Origin: Bacteroidia bacterium
Lineage (GTDB): Bacteria; Bacteroidota; Bacteroidia; NS11-12g; UBA9320
Assembly (NCBI GenBank): GCA_965216465.1
Contig: CBDCFW010000006.1
Location: 1,152,001-1,216,000 of the forward strand
Reading direction: 5' to 3'
Length of the DNA stretch: 64,000 bases
Each line of letters starts with the position of its first letter. Within the stretch, counting starts at the first letter, position 1. The translations under genes and the position numbers were made by a program. Positions 38,254 to 48,619 of this stretch are shown one piece after another. The notes beneath the pieces are model-generated. The model was not told where the DNA came from. It saw only the letters and a list, made by a program, of their open reading frames with translations, and did no database searches.

Positions 38254-38802
38254 AGCTACTTCAAGCAGCGTATCATATTCGTCTTTCTCGATCTCAATCG
38301 CACCAAATTGTTTAAGGTGATCATTTATGTATTGAGTATCCAGAAGTTTGAAGTCGTTCTCTATTAAGAATTCTACCAAGAACATCAAGGCAATTTTGCT
38401 TGCATCAGTTTCAGTATGAAACATACTTTCTCCAAAAAATGCTTTACCCAAAGTAACTCCGTATAGGCCACCTACCAACTTGTTGTCACGCCATGCTTCA
38501 AAACTAAGTGCATAGCCGAGTTCATTAAGTTTGGTGTAAGATTTTATGATGTCTTCACTGATCCAAGTATCCTCACGATCAGCACAGCCTCTCATGGTTC
38601 CTTCAAAGTCAGAATTTATACGCAATTCAAAATGCTTTTTGTTGTACAATCGCTTTAGGTTTTTCGACACGTGAAAATTATCCAAAGGAATGATGCCCCG
38701 CTTCTCTGGCTTAAACCAGAAAATCTCGTTATCCTCCTCGGGAACAGCCATTGGGAAGTATCCTTTAGAATAAGCGTATAGTAGTTCGGTGGGGTCTAGC
38801 AT
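38245..38802 (-). CDS. aat: Leucyl/phenylalanyl-tRNA--protein transferase
   Basis: AY..G.FPM, TWI, LVGGLYG, FFGESMF, DASK, LLDTQ; start re-placed at 38802. Confidence 0.93.
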   Translation of the reverse strand: MLDPTELLYAYSKGYFPMAVPEEDNEIFWFKPEKRGIIPLDNFHVSKNLKRLYNKKHFELRINSDFEGTMRGCADREDTWISEDIIKSYTKLNELGYALSFEAWRDNKLVGGLYGVTLGKAFFGESMFHTETDASKIALMFLVEFLIENDFKLLDTQYINDHLKQFGAIEIEKDEYDTLLEVALE

Positions 38803-38823
38803 ATGATTACTTTTGCAAAGGAA

Positions 38824-39432
38824 ATGAAAATCATTTGTATAGGAAGAAATTATGTGGAACATATAAAAGAATTGGGCAATGAAACTCCTGATGAACCCGT
38901 AATTTTTATGAAACCAGACTCTGCTGTATTTAGGCAACGCGATGCATTTTATATCCCAGATTGGAGCAATGAAATCCATTTTGAAGCCGAGATAGTGGTC
39001 AAACTCAATCGATTAGGTAAAAATATAGAAGCAAAGTTTGCACACAAATACTTTAAAGAGTTTACACTGGGAATTGATTTTACCGCTCGTGATGTTCAGT
39101 CGAGGTTAAAAGAAAAAGGATTGCCATGGGAAAAGGCCAAAGCATTTGATCAAAGTGCCGTAATGGGAGAATATTTGCCAGTAGATGACTATGACTTAGA
39201 CAATTTGAACTTTTCATTGAGACGAAACGGTGAAATCGTTCAGCAGGGCAATACCAATCTGATGATGCGATCTGTTCCCGAAATAATAGAGCATTGTTCG
39301 CAGTATTTCACCTTGAAAATTGGAGATTTGATATTTAGTGGAACACCTGCTGGAGTAGGAAAAGTAAATCCAGGAGATATATTAGAGGGTTTTATTGAAG
39401 ATCGAAAAGTGTTAAACGTTAAAATTAGATAA
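38824..39432 (+). CDS. Fumarylacetoacetate hydrolase family protein
   Basis: CIGRNY..H, FMKP, GIDFTARD, PWEKAK.FD, GTPAGVG. Confidence 0.93.
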   Translation: MKIICIGRNYVEHIKELGNETPDEPVIFMKPDSAVFRQRDAFYIPDWSNEIHFEAEIVVKLNRLGKNIEAKFAHKYFKEFTLGIDFTARDVQSRLKEKGLPWEKAKAFDQSAVMGEYLPVDDYDLDNLNFSLRRNGEIVQQGNTNLMMRSVPEIIEHCSQYFTLKIGDLIFSGTPAGVGKVNPGDILEGFIEDRKVLNVKIR

Positions 39433-39434
39433 CC

Positions 39435-40037
39435 ATGAAAAAAATTGTGACCAGTTTAGTTGTGCTCATGATGTTGGCTTGCGGAAGTCAAGACAATGAA
39501 CCAACAACTGAAGAAATGAAATATCCTGTAGCCTATGTAGACACAAGGCTGGGAGAAATGTTTTTTTGGCTCTATGACGAAACGCCGAATCACAAACAAA
39601 AGTTTATTGAATTGGCAAATGCAAAACACTACGATCAGTTTACATTCAATCGTGTGATTGAGAATTTTGTAATTCAAGGGGGATGTCCAGACTCTGTAAA
39701 ATATTTTGAGAACTCACCTTATCTGCTTGATCCGGAGTTTGTAGATAGCATAGATCATCATTATGGTGCCTTGGGCATGGGTAGAGATGGAAACCCAGAA
39801 AAAAAATCGAACGCTTGTCAGTTTTATGTGGTGAACAAAGAGGCAGGCTTGCCATTTTTAGATGGGGAGTATATGATTTTTGGTACCATGATTAAGGGGT
39901 ATGATGTTTTGGAAGATATAGAGCACGAACCCACAAATGCGAACGACCAACCCTTAACGGATATTCCTCTACATGTTTCAATCAAGTACTATACAAGACA
40001 GCAAATCTCAGATACATTTGATTTGCTCATACCCTAA
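39435..40037 (+). CDS. Cyclophilin-type peptidyl-prolyl isomerase, lipoprotein
   Basis: Lipobox LAC; F.RVI.NFVIQGG, GALGM.R, CQFY, LDG.Y.IFG. Confidence 0.9.
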   Translation: MKKIVTSLVVLMMLACGSQDNEPTTEEMKYPVAYVDTRLGEMFFWLYDETPNHKQKFIELANAKHYDQFTFNRVIENFVIQGGCPDSVKYFENSPYLLDPEFVDSIDHHYGALGMGRDGNPEKKSNACQFYVVNKEAGLPFLDGEYMIFGTMIKGYDVLEDIEHEPTNANDQPLTDIPLHVSIKYYTRQQISDTFDLLIP

Positions 40038-40405
40038 GCGCTGAGCATAAGATCTTCTTGATTGTGACTGTTTAGTGGTTTGTGAACAAAGATTGCATTC
40101 TTATTCGCAGCAAAAGCTTCTTGCATAGCTTCTTCTCTTAGTTCTCTGGATGCATATTGAATGCTTGTGGCGATTAACTCATCCCAACAGGTTCGTATTT
40201 CAAAGCCATAATTCCCAGAAATGTTTTTTGTCCTACAAAAGTTGGCATGAAAACACATGTGAACTTTTAAGGTGGCTAAAAATTTCTCACACGATTTGTA
40301 ATTCGGAAACTTTTTAGATTTCAACACTAAAAATTGGTCAGAATTCAACAAGGCGAGTTCAAATCCGAAGTTGTTTTGATTGATGGTGAAGCTTGGTCTT
40401 TTCAT
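40034..40405 (-). CDS. YegP/DUF1508-like protein (divergent)
   Basis: Two repeats of F.L....(E).I..S..Y/F....C/R. Confidence 0.55.
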   Translation of the reverse strand: MKRPSFTINQNNFGFELALLNSDQFLVLKSKKFPNYKSCEKFLATLKVHMCFHANFCRTKNISGNYGFEIRTCWDELIATSIQYASRELREEAMQEAFAANKNAIFVHKPLNSHNQEDLMLSA

Positions 40406-40615
40406 ACAAATTGTATCAATTAATTGTTAAACAAAAGCAGATAGTCAAATTATCAAAATAATGGTAAAATAATTATCAATTGCCATATAGTTAAATATAG
40501 TGAACATTCTTTAATCTCCAAATTCATTAGGATTTCAATGATTTACTACAACCTAAAATTCTGTGTTTAAATCTTAATAACTCGCGACAGCAATGGGCGT
40601 AATTTTGCTTTTTAT

Positions 40616-42463
40616 TTGATTCAATTGAAAAGAAAAAACTTTTACTATTTCCTGATTTTGGCTGGAGTCTTGTCGCTGTTTGCCACATGTAAAAACAACC
40701 CTGTTGATGAGGGCGATACTTCTGAAGATTTTGACGATACAGCAGAGGTCGTGTTGAACGAACTGGAAAATGATGCAGAAGACATACCAAAGAAGATTGA
40801 GGTAATTCAGGCTCCATTTAGTTTTGCTCGAAACAAGAATCCATATAAACAGAATTACTTTAGAAATCCATTTGACAGTGCAATTAAAGTATCAGGAACT
40901 TTTTGTGAGTTGCGAGGTAATCATTTTCATGGAGGACTGGATATTCGAACAGGTGGACATGAAGGGTGGCCAGTACTCGCAGCTGCTGACGGCTATGTAG
41001 AAAGAGTAAAAGTAAGTGTTTATGGCTACGGTAGAGTGGTTTATATAAGGCATCCCAATGGCTTTACCAGCGTTTATGGACACCTTCAACAGTTTAAAGG
41101 GGCATTGGCCAATTATGTAAAAGAAGCCCAATACAAGCAAAGGAAATTTGAAATTGAACTTTTTCCAAAAGCGGGCGAGATTAAGGTTTATAAAGGGAAA
41201 CCATTTGCTATTAGTGGAAACACTGGTGGGAGCGGTGGACCTCATTTGCATTTTGAGATTAGAGACAGAAATGGAAAGGCGACCAACCCGCTAATGCACG
41301 GGCTTGATGTGCGCGATGTTATTAAACCACAAATTAAGAATGTAGGAGTTTATTTGAAAGACCGTGAAGCTCTGTATGCCAAGGGTAACTATCCCTATCT
41401 TGTATTGCCTCGTAAATCTGCATATCTAAAAGGGTATCAAACATTACAATTGAAGCCAGGTACTTATAGTTTTGGGTTAAGAACAGACGACTATTTCACG
41501 GATTATAACAACAGGTTAGGGTTGAATTATTGTTGGGTAACCGCAAATGGTGAATTGTTATATCAATACCAAATCGAAAAATTTGACTTTACCAAAGGCC
41601 GGTATATCAACACACACACAGACCCTTATCTGAAATTCAAAACTGGATTAACTTACATCAGGCTCTTTAAGGAGAAGTATAATCCTTTGCCCTATTATAA
41701 GCAGAATAAGAATGCTGAAATATGGCTGCAACAAGGAGACACAGTAGCCGTAAATCTATATGTTCAAGACTTTATTGGATTGATAGATTCTGTGCAAATG
41801 ATTCTGGTTGGAGATTCTACAGGAAAGAAGCTTGCTCTTGCAGATGTAGGCACTTACGACAGCAAGGTCCGAATTAAGAAAAGTAAGGGAGGCAGTGTTA
41901 AAAACGGAAACTGGAATATTTCAATTCCATCGGCTGCCATTTATCACGATTTAGATTTCAAAACGGGTATTAAGGCTAAGAAGGCAAATATGTTAAGTGA
42001 AACCCTTCAACTGCACTTTCCTTACACGCCGTTGCATACTTATATTCACGTAAGTTATTCGGTAAGTGAAGAGATGAAGAAGTATGGGAGTAAGTTATGT
42101 GCGGTCAGCTTTAGTGGAAGCCGAATCTATTACGAAGGAGGTGAGCTCAGTGGAAATACCCTAAAGTTTAAAACCCGATCACTTGGGCAATATGCTATCA
42201 CCCACGACTCTAAGCCGCCGAGCATTCGTGTGGTTCGATTTGGTAAAAATTATAAGTTTAAGGTATCAGACAACTTAAGCGGTGTAGCTCAAATTATCTG
42301 TTCTCTTGATGATAAGTGGATTCTTGCAGAGTATGAACCAAAGACCAACACTGTTTGGGGACAAATTCCAAATTGGATAAAACCGGGTAGCTACGACTTC
42401 AAATTAGTGGTTATAGATTCTAAGAATAATCGAGCTGAATATACCAACACCATCAAACTTTAA
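40616..42463 (+). CDS. M23 family metallopeptidase
   Basis: HFHGGLDIR, YGHL, SGNTGGSGGPHLHFEIR. Confidence 0.9.
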   Translation: MIQLKRKNFYYFLILAGVLSLFATCKNNPVDEGDTSEDFDDTAEVVLNELENDAEDIPKKIEVIQAPFSFARNKNPYKQNYFRNPFDSAIKVSGTFCELRGNHFHGGLDIRTGGHEGWPVLAAADGYVERVKVSVYGYGRVVYIRHPNGFTSVYGHLQQFKGALANYVKEAQYKQRKFEIELFPKAGEIKVYKGKPFAISGNTGGSGGPHLHFEIRDRNGKATNPLMHGLDVRDVIKPQIKNVGVYLKDREALYAKGNYPYLVLPRKSAYLKGYQTLQLKPGTYSFGLRTDDYFTDYNNRLGLNYCWVTANGELLYQYQIEKFDFTKGRYINTHTDPYLKFKTGLTYIRLFKEKYNPLPYYKQNKNAEIWLQQGDTVAVNLYVQDFIGLIDSVQMILVGDSTGKKLALADVGTYDSKVRIKKSKGGSVKNGNWNISIPSAAIYHDLDFKTGIKAKKANMLSETLQLHFPYTPLHTYIHVSYSVSEEMKKYGSKLCAVSFSGSRIYYEGGELSGNTLKFKTRSLGQYAITHDSKPPSIRVVRFGKNYKFKVSDNLSGVAQIICSLDDKWILAEYEPKTNTVWGQIPNWIKPGSYDFKLVVIDSKNNRAEYTNTIKL

Positions 42464-42505
42464 AAAAAGAGATTGAAATTCCTTCTTTTTTATTTGTTTT
42501 GAACC

Positions 42506-42958
42506 ATGGCAGTACCGCAAGTAGGAGATATGGCTCCGAGCATTGATGGAGTAAATCAAAATGGAGAAAAAGTTAGTTTGTCTAACTACGCAGGAAAGAA
42601 ATTGGTGTTGTACTTTTATCCTAAGGACGACACCCCCGGATGTACAGCAGAAGCTTGTAATTTAAGAGACAATTATGACCAATTGTTAAAAGAAGGTTAT
42701 GCCATTTTAGGTGTAAGTCCAGATACCGAAGCTAAGCACCAAAAATTTATTGCAAAGTATGATCTTCCTTTTGACCTTTTAGCCGATACTGAGAAGGCGG
42801 TATGCAACAATTATGGCGTTTGGGCAGAAAAAAGCATGTATGGCAGAAAGTACATGGGGGTTGTGCGTACCACTTTTGTAATCGATGAAAACGGTAAAAT
42901 TCAGGAGGTGATTGCTAAGGTGAAGACCAAAGATCACACCGCTCAAATTTTGGGATAA
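42506..42958 (+). CDS. bcp: Thioredoxin-dependent thiol peroxidase (BCP)
   Basis: YFYPKDDTPGCTAEAC. Confidence 0.95.
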   Translation: MAVPQVGDMAPSIDGVNQNGEKVSLSNYAGKKLVLYFYPKDDTPGCTAEACNLRDNYDQLLKEGYAILGVSPDTEAKHQKFIAKYDLPFDLLADTEKAVCNNYGVWAEKSMYGRKYMGVVRTTFVIDENGKIQEVIAKVKTKDHTAQILG

Positions 42959-42971
42959 ACGATAATCCCTT

Positions 42972-43325
42972 CTAAAAAGGAATATTTTCACTTTTAGGGC
43001 TGAGCAGCAAAAACTCACTGGCCACTATTTCTGTTATAATACGCTTAATGCCTTCATTGTCTTCGTAGGTTCTAGAAGTTATTTTTCCGGAGACGAGCAC
43101 TAGCTTGCCTTTATCAAGCAGTTCGGTCATAAGCTCGGCTGTTTTGCCCCAAGCAATAATGTTATGCCATTGAGTTTCAGTTACTTTTTCTCCTTTCAGA
43201 TTGGTATAAGATTCGTTTGTGGCCATGTTAAACTTAACACGTTTTGAGCCGCTGTCTAAGGTTTTTAGCTCCGGTGAGTTTCCAAGGTTTCCAATCAGTT
43301 GTACATTGTTTCTAAGTGCATTCAT
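42972..43325 (-). CDS. ssb: Single-stranded DNA-binding protein (short paralogue)
   Basis: VQLIGNLG, ATNE, TQWH, C-terminal PF. Confidence 0.93.
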   Translation of the reverse strand: MNALRNNVQLIGNLGNSPELKTLDSGSKRVKFNMATNESYTNLKGEKVTETQWHNIIAWGKTAELMTELLDKGKLVLVSGKITSRTYEDNEGIKRIITEIVASEFLLLSPKSENIPF

Positions 43326-43505
43326 TTGTTAATTTTATTATGAAATTGTGGTACAAATAGAATGGCCGGCTTGCTGACCACGTCGCTTTAAACACTTACA
43401 AGCGTTTATAAGTATTTACACGGGTTCAACTATGTAAAATCGTTGAAAATGAACATGTTAGCATTTTGTGTGATGATATGAAAATTGTTTATTTTTGAGC
43501 GATAT

Positions 43506-43799
43506 ATGGCGAAAATCACAGAAGCCAAGTTTTGGATTGATTTACTGAAAAAGGTGATAAAGTCAATTGCCAAACAACAAGGTATTCAAACCACCCCACG
43601 TACTTGGCACCAACATGTAGTGCCCTATGAAGGGAAATGGGCCGTGAAAAGAGAAGGAAATAAACGCTATACATCCAAGCATAGAAAGCAAGAAACAGCT
43701 ATTCGAAAGGCTAAAACCATCGCCAAAAGACATCACGCCGATGTCATAATCCATAGTCGCGATGGCTCAATTCGAGACCGTTTAAGCTACCGTGATTAG
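43506..43799 (+). CDS. DUF2188 domain protein
   Basis: HVVP...WAVK.EG..R.T......AI..A..IA......IH.RDG.IR...SY. Confidence 0.85.
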   Translation: MAKITEAKFWIDLLKKVIKSIAKQQGIQTTPRTWHQHVVPYEGKWAVKREGNKRYTSKHRKQETAIRKAKTIAKRHHADVIIHSRDGSIRDRLSYRD

Positions 43800-43924
43800 G
43801 CAGTTTTAAACGGTTCTAAGATATTGTTGTCTAATATTTTGTAAAGGTCCTGAACCTCAGACATTTTTGTGTATTACCTCTAAAATCTTTATATTTGCTT
43901 TGCAATCAATGGGGTTTGATTGTT

Positions 43925-44758
43925 ATGCTGATACTACTACGTAAATACTTTTTTGTATATGTCTTTCTATGCGTGTGCCTAAATTTAAGTGCACATGGGC
44001 CTATTCATGAGAAAATTCAAGACGTTACTAAACGGATTGAAAAAAAGCCGTATGATCCTAATTTATATGTTGAACGAGCAGGCTATTACAAGATAGATCG
44101 TGACTTTGATAGAAGCTTTGCAGACTATCAAACCGCACGAAATATCAACCCAAACCTAAAAACAATTGACTTTCTGGTTGCCGAACTTTTCTATGAGTTT
44201 GATCACTATTATGCCGCATTGGCTTCAGTCAGTTCTTTCCAAAAACAGAATCTAAACGTAGCCGAGTGTTACTTGCTCAAAGCAAAAATATTTGATAAAC
44301 TCTTTGAGTCTGATAGTGCACTTCACTATGCCGAAGCAGCATATCCTCATCATACTAAGCCCAATACACATTACTTCATTACTGTAAAAAATTATGTGCT
44401 TTATGCTGATAAAACCAATTATGAACGAGCAAAATATTGGTTGGAAATAGCTAAAAAAAGACTTCCATACGACTTGGTTATCCAAGAGGCATATGTTGAC
44501 TTAGCTATGCAGTTTAAAGACTATGACAAAGCTCAAGTTCTGTGTGAAGAGAAAATCCCAACACTAAAACGCAAAGAGTACTGGGAATACCTTCTTGGAA
44601 CGGTTTACCTGCAAAAAGGTGAATCGGATATGGCGATGAACTACTTCAATAAGGCTAAAAGTTCAATTGACAGACTCCCTCGCAATCATAAGAATACGAC
44701 ATACATAAAAACCCTCACTAATAACATTAACAAATCAATTCAAAAAATTAACGGATAG
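43925..44758 (+). CDS. Secreted tetratricopeptide-repeat protein
   Basis: Signal peptide ending LSA; mature N-terminus HGPIHE; TPR-like helical repeats. Confidence 0.8.
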   Translation: MLILLRKYFFVYVFLCVCLNLSAHGPIHEKIQDVTKRIEKKPYDPNLYVERAGYYKIDRDFDRSFADYQTARNINPNLKTIDFLVAELFYEFDHYYAALASVSSFQKQNLNVAECYLLKAKIFDKLFESDSALHYAEAAYPHHTKPNTHYFITVKNYVLYADKTNYERAKYWLEIAKKRLPYDLVIQEAYVDLAMQFKDYDKAQVLCEEKIPTLKRKEYWEYLLGTVYLQKGESDMAMNYFNKAKSSIDRLPRNHKNTTYIKTLTNNINKSIQKING

Positions 44759-44762
44759 TTCA

Positions 44763-47700
44763 ATGACGAAAAATTACCTATTATTATTCGGCGTTTGCAT
44801 GGGTTTAATTTCTGCAAACTACACTCAGGCACAAACCACGGTTATTGCCAAAGAAGCTGATTGGAAATATCTAGACGATGGTTCTAATCAAGGTACTTCA
44901 TGGAAAGACACTACCTTTAACGATGGAACTTGGAGTACAGGCCAAGCTCCATTAGGTTATGGTTCAATCACCGGAGGAACACTCAATACCAATTCTATCA
45001 ATAACAATGCAACCACGTATTTTAGAGATAGCTTCAATATTGCAAATACCAACTACCAAGATATATCCATCAGTATGATGATCGATGATGGTCTTGTTAT
45101 ATACCTTAACGGAAATGAGGTATACGACTATGAGATGCCAGGAACTTGGGATTATACAACTTATGCTACATCTGCGGCAGGTGGCTCTGATGAAGGAGAC
45201 TATCACACAGTAACAATTCCTACTACCTACCTTGTTGCAGGAAAAAACTATGTTGCAGTCGAAGTGCACAATGCAAGCGCAACAAGCTCTGACCTTGCGT
45301 TTGACCTTGAGATGGTTTTAAATCCTCCTTCAAACTACGTTGTTAATTCTGGCGATAACTGGGATTACTGGGATGCTGGCTCTTTACCAACCGGTACCTG
45401 GAACGACGACACCAGTTACAGTGTGGCATCTTGGAGCAATGGTCCTTCTTTATTGGGCTACGGTACAATCGATGGCCGTACTAAAGCTACCACGATTTCT
45501 ACAGTATACCCAACCGCATACTTTAGAACAACATTCAACATTCCTGATACAAGTGTAGTTACCTATTTAGATATCGATTACGTTCGTGACGATGGTATTA
45601 TCATCTACGTAAACGGCGAGGAAGTAGTTAGAGATGGACTTGCAGCCGGAACTATTGGTTTTAGCGATTATGCGAATCAAACGATAGGAGGAGCCGACGA
45701 AGGAGCTTGGAATAGGGCAGTAGTAGCACCTTCTACCCTTCACCAAGGACAAAATGTTATTGCAGCAGAGGTACATCAAGTAAATGGAACAAGTAGTGAT
45801 ATTGGTTTTGATTTACGATTTGAAACTTTAGATCAAGTTACTCCTTCTATTACTAGAGGTCCTTATATCCAAAATACGACAGATAGTACTGTAATTGTGC
45901 GTTGGAGAACAGATGTACCCTCAACCAGTTCTGTAAAGTACGGAACAACACACGGTACTTACAGTTCTTCTGTGGATAGCTCTGGGGCTACTTCAGAACA
46001 TAGCATAACCATTTCTGGTCTTACACCAGACACAAAATATTTCTACCACCTAAGTACAGGTTCAGATACGGTTGGAAGACACGACAGTACATACTTCTTT
46101 AAAACTGCTCCGACCCCAGGAGATGTTTCGGGTACCGTTGGTTTCTGGATTTTAGGTGATCAAGGTCAAGTAGGTGCAGGCCAAACAGGTGTACACAGTA
46201 CATTTATTAATAGTGGATTTAGAGATAGCATGGATTTGATTCTTATGCTAGGAGATAATGCCTACAACAATGGAACAGATAATGAATTCCAAAATCAGTT
46301 GTTTGAAACACAACTCGATTCTGTTTTAAGAAATACTCCTATGTATTCTTGTGTTGGTAATCACGAGGTGCGTTATGTATCTGCACACTCGATTTCAACA
46401 CCAGAAACAACACCATACTACCAGATTTATGACTTCCCTACCAATGGAGAAGGAGGGGGATTAGCCTCAGGAACAGAATCATACTTCTCTTTTGATTATG
46501 GTAATGTTCACTTCATCTCAATAAATGCGGAGGAAGAAGACCTTGACTCAGCAACAAGCTCAATGTGGTCTTGGTGCGAAAGTGACTTACAACAAAATAC
46601 GATGGATTGGACAGTTGTAATTGTTCACCAAGGTCCATATACTAAAGGGTCACACAATTCAGATACAGAAACAGAGCACGTTAAGTTTAGAGAAAACTTC
46701 TTACCGCTATTGGAGCGTTATGGTGCAGATTTAACAATGTCTGGACATAGCCACTCTTATGAGCGTTCAAAGTTGGTAAAAGGACATTTTGGTACTTCGG
46801 GTACGTACAGCAGTGCAACGCACGATATTGATGGAGGTTACGGAAGAATGCCAGGATCTGGTACCCTAACCAACGATTGTGCATATGAAAAAGTAACAAC
46901 TGGTGCTGACGCTGGTGATGGTGCAATTTATTGTACTGCCGGTAGTAGTAGTAAGCGAGGAAGCTATGCTATTAACCACCCAGTTATGAAGGTAAACTGG
47001 AATACTTACGGTTCGGTATATGTTGAAGTAAACGACAACAAATTAAGCTACTGGTACCTAGAAGATGATGGAGATACTACTGACTATTTCCAAATCTTAA
47101 AAGACACTGATTATGATTCTATTCATGTTCTGACTGATAGTACAGTAACATTAACGGCAAGTTGGCCAGAAGGTCCATACGTATGGAGCACAGGAGCAAC
47201 TACAAGAAGCATCACCATGACATTAGGTGATGATACTACCGTTTACGTTCAAAACCTAAGTGGAAGTAGTCCGTGTATGATTGACTCGTTCCACGTAGAT
47301 TTCCCAAGTATTGTTCGTTATCCGTTCTCTGAAATGGATACTACGGGTATGTCGAGCAAAGATTCTGATGGTAACGATGTAATTACTGCGGATACTAGAA
47401 CAAGTGCAGATGCCAACGGCTGGTATTACTACTACAACTCTGCTGACCCGAATGCATTGATGTTTGCAGTTAGAAATAGTTTAACAAGTGGAAACACCCT
47501 GCCAATTGATAACGTAATCGATTACGTTGAGATTAGAAAGGCTAGTGTTTATGATCGTATAGCTCAGGGTACAGATTCATTCAATGCCGTAATGCCTTAC
47601 GATTGGAATGTGGTAACGCTTGCTCAACCAAACGGTGATATGGACATTAAATTTTATTTCGAGCCGGATGATTTAGCAGACTTTATCACTGTAATGGATT

Positions 47701-48533
47701 CGCTTGATGCGTTGAATTCAGATTTTCAAACTACACGTACTTGGTTTAAAGCGAACCAAGGAGGTGGAATTAGTTTCTTAGAAAACGATATTATAGTTGA
47801 CTCTGTTCGAAACAGTGATGATTTAACAACCTTGCTTGTAGCTGCACCAAATTACGCTACAGGTGTTGGTTCAACTGATGGTACTCCATGGGTTGATCAA
47901 GGAAACGGAAAGAACTATGTTCAGTTTAACGGTTTGTCGAGTTTCTCAGGTGGTACCTTAGGTCAAACACTGTTTGATCCAACTCCGGTTCCAGTATCGT
48001 GGTTAGCATTTAATGGTTCATGGGTTGGAAACAATGCAGAGCTAATTTGGCAAACTGCTCAAGAAAAAGACAATGCATACTTCGAAGTAGAGCGAAGCAT
48101 TAACAATGTAGACTTTGTTGCATTGGATAAAGTAGAAGCAAATGGAAACACAACTTCAATTTCTACCTACTTCTATACTGATGAAGAAGCTTCAAGAATT
48201 GATGCACAAAAGATTTACTACAGAATTAAGCAAGTTGACTTCAATGGAGAAGTATCGTATTCAGATATTATCAGCTTAGCACGTGAAAAAGTAGACGCGG
48301 TGAAGGTATATCCAAACCCAACTGCTGATGTTGTAAACGTGAGTTTAAGCGATATTCTAATCGAAGATGCTACCATAGCGGTATACTCGCTTGAGGGTAA
48401 GAAAGTAGGTGAACTACAAGATGTTAAATCTGGAGTTAATACCATCGACGTTTCGAGCCTTGAAACAGGGCAGTATGTGGTTGTGGTTAACACCAAACAT
48501 ACATTGTACACTTACAAATTGATCAAAGAATAA
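44763..48533 (+). CDS. Purple acid phosphatase-type metallophosphoesterase, T9SS type A cargo
   Basis: GDQG, GDNAY, GNHE, GHSH motifs; FN3-like RGPYIQ; two N-terminal jelly-roll repeats; PVSWL.F and VYPNP CTD. Confidence 0.88.
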   Translation: MTKNYLLLFGVCMGLISANYTQAQTTVIAKEADWKYLDDGSNQGTSWKDTTFNDGTWSTGQAPLGYGSITGGTLNTNSINNNATTYFRDSFNIANTNYQDISISMMIDDGLVIYLNGNEVYDYEMPGTWDYTTYATSAAGGSDEGDYHTVTIPTTYLVAGKNYVAVEVHNASATSSDLAFDLEMVLNPPSNYVVNSGDNWDYWDAGSLPTGTWNDDTSYSVASWSNGPSLLGYGTIDGRTKATTISTVYPTAYFRTTFNIPDTSVVTYLDIDYVRDDGIIIYVNGEEVVRDGLAAGTIGFSDYANQTIGGADEGAWNRAVVAPSTLHQGQNVIAAEVHQVNGTSSDIGFDLRFETLDQVTPSITRGPYIQNTTDSTVIVRWRTDVPSTSSVKYGTTHGTYSSSVDSSGATSEHSITISGLTPDTKYFYHLSTGSDTVGRHDSTYFFKTAPTPGDVSGTVGFWILGDQGQVGAGQTGVHSTFINSGFRDSMDLILMLGDNAYNNGTDNEFQNQLFETQLDSVLRNTPMYSCVGNHEVRYVSAHSISTPETTPYYQIYDFPTNGEGGGLASGTESYFSFDYGNVHFISINAEEEDLDSATSSMWSWCESDLQQNTMDWTVVIVHQGPYTKGSHNSDTETEHVKFRENFLPLLERYGADLTMSGHSHSYERSKLVKGHFGTSGTYSSATHDIDGGYGRMPGSGTLTNDCAYEKVTTGADAGDGAIYCTAGSSSKRGSYAINHPVMKVNWNTYGSVYVEVNDNKLSYWYLEDDGDTTDYFQILKDTDYDSIHVLTDSTVTLTASWPEGPYVWSTGATTRSITMTLGDDTTVYVQNLSGSSPCMIDSFHVDFPSIVRYPFSEMDTTGMSSKDSDGNDVITADTRTSADANGWYYYYNSADPNALMFAVRNSLTSGNTLPIDNVIDYVEIRKASVYDRIAQGTDSFNAVMPYDWNVVTLAQPNGDMDIKFYFEPDDLADFITVMDSLDALNSDFQTTRTWFKANQGGGISFLENDIIVDSVRNSDDLTTLLVAAPNYATGVGSTDGTPWVDQGNGKNYVQFNGLSSFSGGTLGQTLFDPTPVPVSWLAFNGSWVGNNAELIWQTAQEKDNAYFEVERSINNVDFVALDKVEANGNTTSISTYFYTDEEASRIDAQKIYYRIKQVDFNGEVSYSDIISLAREKVDAVKVYPNPTADVVNVSLSDILIEDATIAVYSLEGKKVGELQDVKSGVNTIDVSSLETGQYVVVVNTKHTLYTYKLIKE

Positions 48534-48553
48534 ACACTGGTTAATAGATAAAT

Positions 48554-48588
48554 AAACCCTTCTCATTTTTATGAGGAGGGTTTTTTTT
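48554..48588 (+). terminator. Rho-independent terminator
   Basis: aaacccttctcat-tttt-atgaggagggttt plus T-run. Confidence 0.8.
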
Positions 48589-48619
48589 GCTTTGAAATGG
48601 GATATCTTTACGGTTGATT

